From Candidatus Nealsonbacteria bacterium (GTDB taxonomy: Bacteria; Patescibacteriota; Minisyncoccia; Minisyncoccales; JAUWAW01), in NCBI GenBank assembly GCA_030601865.1, contig JAUWAW010000001.1, positions 46,433 to 110,432 on the forward strand: a stretch of DNA of 64,000 nt. Direction: 5' to 3'. Position numbers and translations under genes: made by a program. Below are positions 59,053-64,000 of the stretch, one piece after another. Position 1 is the first letter of the stretch. The number at the start of each line of letters is the position of its first letter. A model generated the notes under the pieces. The model searched no databases and had not been told where the DNA came from. It saw only the letters and a list, made by a program, of their open reading frames with translations.

Positions 59053-59984
59053 AAAATGATGTAAAGGAAAAGTAAAACCAAGGCTTCTTTTTTGGTGATT
59101 TTTTGGCCGGTGCGAACGATAATTAAGAAAAATATGGCGGCTATGACCAGGAAAATCCGGGCGATAGCAAAAGGAGAAAAGTCCGTAATCTCAATGGGAC
59201 AAATCAAACAAACCACGCCCAAGACCAAGGTGGCAGGCACAATAATAGAACCCATTAGATTTCCCAGGACCATCCAATTCTGACCTCTCTTAGCAGAAAC
59301 AATGGCAAAATAGATTTCGGGTAAGGCATTAACCAAGCCGATGATTAAAATTCCCATTATGGGAATTGATAAGTTAAAGCTCTCAAAAAAATAAATACTG
59401 CTATTAACCAAACCTTCAGCTGCTAAAAACAGAAGGGCTAAAGCTAAAACCATTTTCCCTAAGTCCTTGACAAAGGTCTTAAACTCTCTGATAATTCCTT
59501 CGTCCGCATCTTCATAAACTTTTTTGAATCTTTCTTTTTTAGAAAAAAGCCAAAAAATATAAAGAGTAAAAGCTGAAAGCAAAACTAAGCCATCTCCCCT
59601 GCCCAATTTTCCATCTAAGATTAAAATTAAGGGCAAGATGGCCACCCCGGCGGTAAAAAGAGTGCTGGTCTGAACCATGCGACTGGGGGCAGGGAGAGTG
59701 GCTCCGGCAACCAAAACTGCCAAAGCCACAGCTAAAGTCAAATCAACCACATTCCCTCCCATTATGTCGCCCAAAGAAAGCTGAGGAATCTTATGCAAGG
59801 CAGCATTTATGCCAACAAAAAGATTGGGCAGAGAACCAACCACCGCCATAACAAAGAAAGCCAGCACAAACTCCCGCCAACCCAAATATTTAGCCATTCT
59901 TATTAAAGCGCTGACCAACCACGAGCCCGCACAAAAAAGCATCAGACACGAACCTATGAAAATAAAGATATAAAGCCAAATCAT
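59025..59984 (-). CDS. Ca2+/Na+ (CaCA family) antiporter
   Basis: 319 aa; about 10 TM helices; alpha-repeat motifs GSLPNLFVG and VNALPEIYFA. Confidence 0.8.
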   Translation of the reverse strand: MIWLYIFIFIGSCLMLFCAGSWLVSALIRMAKYLGWREFVLAFFVMAVVGSLPNLFVGINAALHKIPQLSLGDIMGGNVVDLTLAVALAVLVAGATLPAPSRMVQTSTLFTAGVAILPLILILDGKLGRGDGLVLLSAFTLYIFWLFSKKERFKKVYEDADEGIIREFKTFVKDLGKMVLALALLFLAAEGLVNSSIYFFESFNLSIPIMGILIIGLVNALPEIYFAIVSAKRGQNWMVLGNLMGSIIVPATLVLGVVCLICPIEITDFSPFAIARIFLVIAAIFFLIIVRTGQKITKKEALVLLFLYIIFVAVEILCR

Positions 59985-62602
59985 ACTGTTTTTTTAGTGA
60001 TGAAAAACCATTTAGTGATTTCAATCAGTAATATATTGAACAATCCCAAGCCGAGAACCAATTGCCAATCAAAAAAGTTCAGGGGCACAGTTTTTAAGAG
60101 TGTTTGTAAAACCGGCAGATAGAGGGCGGCAATGAGGGCAATTACTCCAAAAGTCCAGGCAAAGATTAAAAATTTATTAGAAAAAGGATTTATATGCCAA
60201 AGATTTCTTCTTAAACTTTTGCAAGAGAAAATATAAAACATTGAGTCAATGGTTAAACCAGCAAAGATTATGGATCTAATATGGGGAATTTCATAACCAG
60301 AATACTTTATTAACCAAAAAAATAATCCCAAAAGCAAAATATCAGTTATCAGTCCAATAATAAAAATCAAGGTCTTCATTTCTTTGGTTAAAAGAGGGGT
60401 ATTGTGACCCTGGGGTTTTTGCTTCATTATGTCTTTTTCCTTTGGTTCAAATGCCAAACAAAGACTAAGTGGACCATCTTCAATCAGATTGACCCACAAA
60501 ATTTGGACAGCTAAAATCGGTAAGGGCCAACCTAAAACAAGACTCACCCCAATCAAAATTACCTCGGTAAAACTATCCGAAAGTAAATAGGTAATAACCT
60601 TGCGGATGTTGTCAATAATCACTCTCCCCTCCTCAACTGCCGCCACAATAATATTAAAATTATCAGTCAGCAGAACCAAATCAGAAACCTCTTTGGCCAC
60701 ATCTGTGCCTGAGCCCAGGGCCACGCCAATGTCGGCTTTCTTTAAAGCCGGAGCATCATTGATGCCGTCTCCGGTCATAGCCACCACCTCTCCTCTCGCC
60801 TGCCAGGCCTCAATAATCCTCATTTTGTGCTGAGGTTCAGCTCGAGCGTAAATCTCAATATGTTTTACTTTCTTTTGGAACTCCTCGTCTGACATTGCAT
60901 CCAGGTCCTTGCCCTCAATAATGTTTTCTTTTTTTGTTCTCAAGCCAATTTCTTTAGCCACGGCTTTAGCCGTAAGCAGATGGTCGCCAGTAACTAAAAT
61001 AGGTCTCATGCCTGCTTTTCGGCAAAGATTGATTGCTTCTTTGGCTTCTTTTCGCAAAGGGTCTCTCAATCCAATAAAACCAACAAAGGTTAAATTGTTA
61101 ACTGCCAATTTTTTTGTTTTTTTGTAAGCCACGGCTATCACCCTTAATCCTTGGCTGGTTAAATCCTCCAATTTTTTAAATAATTCTGTCTCCTTTTTTT
61201 TAGTTAATTTGGAAAGGGAAAGAATTTTTTCTGGAGCTCCACAAATATAAAGAATATTGCCTTGCTTTCCTTGGTACAAGGTAGCGATAAATTTATTCTG
61301 AGGATTAAAAGGAATTTCATCAATTTTGGGAAATTCTTCTTCCAAATCTGGTTTTCTTATTCCTATCTCTGCCCCGGCCAAAATCAAGGCTCTGTCAGTT
61401 GGTCTACCCCTAACCTTCCATAAGGGATAGGGTTTTTGAGGATTCTCAATAAAGGCTTCGTTACAAAGAACGGCAATGGTTACGGCTAAAACTTGGTCTG
61501 GGTCTTTTTTAGTTTTAAAAACTTCCGGCCATTTCTTTTTTTCCTCCTCCGCAATCTCTTTTCTTAGAGTTGAGGTTTTAGCCACAACCATTTTGCCTTC
61601 TGTTAAGGTTAAGGTTTTGTCGGTGCAAATTGTTGAAGTGCTGCCCAGGGTTTCCGCGGCCACCAATTTTCTGACCAGACCCTTCTTCTTTAAAATCCTT
61701 TCCATGCCCAAGGCTAAAATAACGGTCATGGCCACGGGCAGGCCTTCGGGGATGGCCGCTACTGCCACGGCCACCGCGGTTTCAAACATTTCCAAGAATT
61801 TCCTTTCCCTTAAGAGCCCTCCTAAAAAAATTAAAATACAAACCAAGGCAATGACCACCCCAATTATTTTACTGAGCCGAGCTAATCTCTTTTGAAGAGG
61901 AGTTTTTTCTTCTTTGGTCTCTTTAACTAAAATGGCGACTTTACCTATTTCGGTACCACACCCAATAGCCGTCACCACTGCCTTGGCTTTCCCATCTTGC
62001 ACCAAACATCCCATATAGACCATATTATCCCGGTCAGCTACGGGAGTGTTCTTTGGTAAAATTTTGAGCGTTTTTTGTGCTGCCAGCCACTCTCCGGTCA
62101 AAGGGGCCTCGTTTATTTTTAAATCACGACTCTCAAGCAATCTTGCATCAGCCGGAACCTTGTTTCCGGCAGAGAGCATGATAATATCGCCTTTAACCAG
62201 CGCCTTGGAACCAATTTCTTTCTGATGGCCATCTCTAATGACTTGGGCTTCAATCTTAACTACTTTCTTCAGTTTTCTTAAAGCACCAGTGGCTTTATTT
62301 TCCTGCCAAAAACCAACCACAGTGTTTAAAACCACAGCCCCAAAAATAACAATGGCATCGGTAAATTTTTGAAAAAGTAAAACTATTATTCCTGCCACCA
62401 CCAAAATATAAATCAAAGGACTCTTGAACTGGGTCAAAAATATTCTTAGTTTTGACAAGGGTTTTTCTTCAGGAAGAACATTGGAACCTGACTTTTTTCT
62501 TCTCTCCCTTACTTCGTCCTCAGTTAAACCCTGCTCAATGTCTGAGTTTAATAACTTTAATACTTTTTGCCTTGAAAGACTGTGCCAACTATTGTTAGCC
62601 AT
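59981..62602 (-). CDS. P-type (type II, Ca2+-transporting-like) cation ATPase
   Basis: 873 aa; N-terminal cation-ATPase domain, TGE-type actuator region, phosphorylation site ICTDKTLTLT (canonical DKTGT has Gly), TGDHLLTA, MTGDGINDAPALKKADIG. Confidence 0.9.
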   Translation of the reverse strand: MANNSWHSLSRQKVLKLLNSDIEQGLTEDEVRERRKKSGSNVLPEEKPLSKLRIFLTQFKSPLIYILVVAGIIVLLFQKFTDAIVIFGAVVLNTVVGFWQENKATGALRKLKKVVKIEAQVIRDGHQKEIGSKALVKGDIIMLSAGNKVPADARLLESRDLKINEAPLTGEWLAAQKTLKILPKNTPVADRDNMVYMGCLVQDGKAKAVVTAIGCGTEIGKVAILVKETKEEKTPLQKRLARLSKIIGVVIALVCILIFLGGLLRERKFLEMFETAVAVAVAAIPEGLPVAMTVILALGMERILKKKGLVRKLVAAETLGSTSTICTDKTLTLTEGKMVVAKTSTLRKEIAEEEKKKWPEVFKTKKDPDQVLAVTIAVLCNEAFIENPQKPYPLWKVRGRPTDRALILAGAEIGIRKPDLEEEFPKIDEIPFNPQNKFIATLYQGKQGNILYICGAPEKILSLSKLTKKKETELFKKLEDLTSQGLRVIAVAYKKTKKLAVNNLTFVGFIGLRDPLRKEAKEAINLCRKAGMRPILVTGDHLLTAKAVAKEIGLRTKKENIIEGKDLDAMSDEEFQKKVKHIEIYARAEPQHKMRIIEAWQARGEVVAMTGDGINDAPALKKADIGVALGSGTDVAKEVSDLVLLTDNFNIIVAAVEEGRVIIDNIRKVITYLLSDSFTEVILIGVSLVLGWPLPILAVQILWVNLIEDGPLSLCLAFEPKEKDIMKQKPQGHNTPLLTKEMKTLIFIIGLITDILLLGLFFWLIKYSGYEIPHIRSIIFAGLTIDSMFYIFSCKSLRRNLWHINPFSNKFLIFAWTFGVIALIAALYLPVLQTLLKTVPLNFFDWQLVLGLGLFNILLIEITKWFFITKKTV

Positions 62603-62611
62603 ATTACTTTT

Positions 62612-62639
62612 ATTTTAACATTTTAACAAAAATTAACAA
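62612..62639 (-). promoter_or_regulatory. ATPase proximal promoter
   Basis: Minus strand TTGTTA (62639-62634), N16, TAAAAT (62617-62612), 9 nt, ATG (62602). Confidence 0.5.
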
Positions 62640-62664
62640 AAAAATTGGCTATCTCCAAGCCAAT
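62638..62664 (-). terminator. Intrinsic terminator between the promoter-like cassettes and the ATPase gene
   Basis: Minus strand attggct-tggagat-agccaat followed by ttttttt. Confidence 0.55.
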
Positions 62665-62703
62665 CAAAAAAAACAAACTGTAACAAAATCAAATTTCTTT
62701 TAT

Positions 62704-62829
62704 TTCAAGAATATATGTTTATACATTAGCGAATCAAGGTTCTTGAGCGAAGCGAGAGGTTCTTAATTCAAGAATATGTGATTATTCCTTAGCGAATCAA
62801 GGTTCTCGAGCGAAGCGAGAGGTTCTTAA
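62704..62829 (-). promoter_or_regulatory. Two tandem 63-bp copies of the promoter-like cassette
   Basis: 62704-62766 and 62767-62829. Each reads on the minus strand AGAACC-N14-AGAACC-TTGATT-N16-TATATT/CATATT-CTTGAA. Copy B supplies the last 9 codons of the murF-like ORF. Confidence 0.6.
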
Positions 62830-63873
62830 TTCTTCCACTATCTTGGACATCTCCATTTCTTGGGAGCCGTCGATGAGGATGAGGTCGCCTTGCCTAAGTT
62901 CTTTTTGCAGGGCCAGGCCGGCCTCTTCCGGCTGCATAAACTGGAAAACTTTTCCTTGGCTCATCCCCTGTATGATAGCTCCTTGAGTAATAAACTTGGC
63001 GCGCGCGCCTACTGTAAAAAGCAAATCGCAAGACCCGGCTACTTTCTCACCAATGGCCTCATGTGACTGAGTGGTATATTTGCCAATGCCCAAAACATCG
63101 CCCAAAACAGCAATTTTTCTGCCAGAAGCAGGGATTTTTCCTAAAATTCCCAGAGCCTCAACCATAGAAAAAGGGTTGGCATTGGCACTATCATCTAAAA
63201 TTTGGGAATTTTTTATCCCCTTAATTAGTCGCATCTTGCCGGGAAGGGATTGATAAAACCTGAGGGTCTGAGAGAGTTTCACTAAATTAATATCTAAGAC
63301 CATTCCCACAGCAGTAGCTGCCAGCACGCTATACATCTGTTTTTTGCCAAAAAGATTCTCCAGCCAAATCGGAACAATATTTCCTTTATAATTGAGTTTA
63401 AAATTTGTTCCCTTTTCACTTATATGAATATCACTTGCTTGAAAATCTGTTGCTTCAGAAAGGCCAAAAGTTAAAGCAGGGGTTTTGCTCTCATCCTTTA
63501 TCTCCCTGACCGTCTCATCATCAGCATTCAAAACCAAATGTGCTCGCCTCGCCGAAAACGGCGAGGCGAGGCGGGCCTGCTTTGGCAAAACTTTAGCCAA
63601 CTCTATTACCCTGACCACATCTTTTTTCTCCCCAGCAAACAAAACCTCATCAGCAGGTATCTCGCCTACGGCAGTAATCACTAAAATAGTTTTTCTTGCT
63701 TTTTTCACAAAAAAAAGGTCAGGAATGCCTTCTAAAATTAAAAATTTTGTTTTGCCAAAGTGCTTTTTTAGAACTTGAAAAATCGCCTCAGCCGCACAAG
63801 CCCGACCCTTGCCAGTGACAACGATTAGTATGGGACGTTTAATAAGAAATAAAAGTTTGGTGAGAAAACTCAT
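62797..63873 (-). CDS. Mur ligase family protein, MurF-like, short form with degenerate P-loop
   Basis: 358 aa; C-terminal MurF pattern VLGDVLGIGKY...HEAIG...GDLILIDGSQEMEM; N-terminal nucleotide loop reads VVTGKGRACAAE rather than TGSNGKTT. Confidence 0.65.
   Translation of the reverse strand: MSFLTKLLFLIKRPILIVVTGKGRACAAEAIFQVLKKHFGKTKFLILEGIPDLFFVKKARKTILVITAVGEIPADEVLFAGEKKDVVRVIELAKVLPKQARLASPFSARRAHLVLNADDETVREIKDESKTPALTFGLSEATDFQASDIHISEKGTNFKLNYKGNIVPIWLENLFGKKQMYSVLAATAVGMVLDINLVKLSQTLRFYQSLPGKMRLIKGIKNSQILDDSANANPFSMVEALGILGKIPASGRKIAVLGDVLGIGKYTTQSHEAIGEKVAGSCDLLFTVGARAKFITQGAIIQGMSQGKVFQFMQPEEAGLALQKELRQGDLILIDGSQEMEMSKIVEELRTSRFAREP
63543..63570. repeat. 12-bp perfect-stem GC-rich hairpin in frame inside the murF-like gene
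   Basis: ctcgcctcgccg-aaaa-cggcgaggcgag; encodes LASPFSARRA just before the LVLNADD motif. Confidence 0.85.
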
Positions 63874-63882
63874 ATGTATATT

Positions 63883-64000
63883 TTATTCATAATCCGGTGG
63901 AATTTGCCAATAATCAATGATATATTTGGCTAATTGTTGAAAAATAGGCACAGCCGAGTATTCAGCTGTTCTTGTTTTTGGATTGTTTAGTTTTATTAAG
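63883..64000 (-). CDS. C-terminal 38 codons of an upstream gene (possibly a penicillin-binding/transpeptidase protein given the mur context)
   Basis: Own translation ...KLNNPKTRTAEYSAVPIFQQLAKYIIDYWQIPPDYE-stop; identity not established. Confidence 0.3.
   Translation of the reverse strand, partial: LIKLNNPKTRTAEYSAVPIFQQLAKYIIDYWQIPPDYE

Overview
AT-rich, very gene-dense 64-kb chromosomal window: about 65 protein genes and 2 tRNAs, with no rRNA, CRISPR array, transposase or integrase seen. Gene content and style suggest a Candidate Phyla Radiation / Patescibacteria (Parcubacteria-like) bacterium using the standard genetic code. The pointers are a pilin-LamG protein, sortase plus substrate, cupin-type PGI, NYN, a DUF5674-like protein, a PaaX/Cas2-like regulator, an MtrA-like protein, many 1-4 nt gene overlaps and short or absent mRNA leaders. 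Core genes: rnhB (partial), dnaE, thrS, a miaB-miaA fusion, gatB, deoC, thyA-like, dcd, rplK, nusG, secE, gyrB, pheS, pheT (split), secG, rnj, trpS, ychF, rpsF-ssb-rpsR, recA, thiI, mnmA, iscU, iscS, lepA, dnaB, recR, rplU, rmuC and a murF-like gene. The main discovery-type signal is a dense population of short GC-rich palindromic repeats in at least eight families. Many copies lie inside conserved housekeeping genes without breaking the reading frame: rnhB, miaB, the miaB-miaA linker, mnmA, thrS, the Memo-AMMECR1 fusion, yraN, cupin PGI (twice), the murF-like gene and the dcd 3' end. This resembles the behaviour of Rickettsia palindromic elements. Other items worth follow-up: (1) a dcd / MtrA-like plus DUF4346-like / archaeal-type ThyA / DeoC operon next to an internally duplicated MazG protein; (2) a membrane-anchored AmmeMemoRadiSam module; (3) a TRAM-less MiaB fused to MiaA; (4) a ~600-nt ORF-free promoter-to-terminator unit upstream of dnaE; (5) a 63-bp repeated promoter-like cassette; (6) TACGAAT heptamer arrays; (7) a ~130-bp long-hairpin repeat; (8) a small AT-rich islet after tRNA-Ala with a possible HEPN protein. 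All functional calls rest on motif recognition by eye and need HMM or BLAST confirmation.
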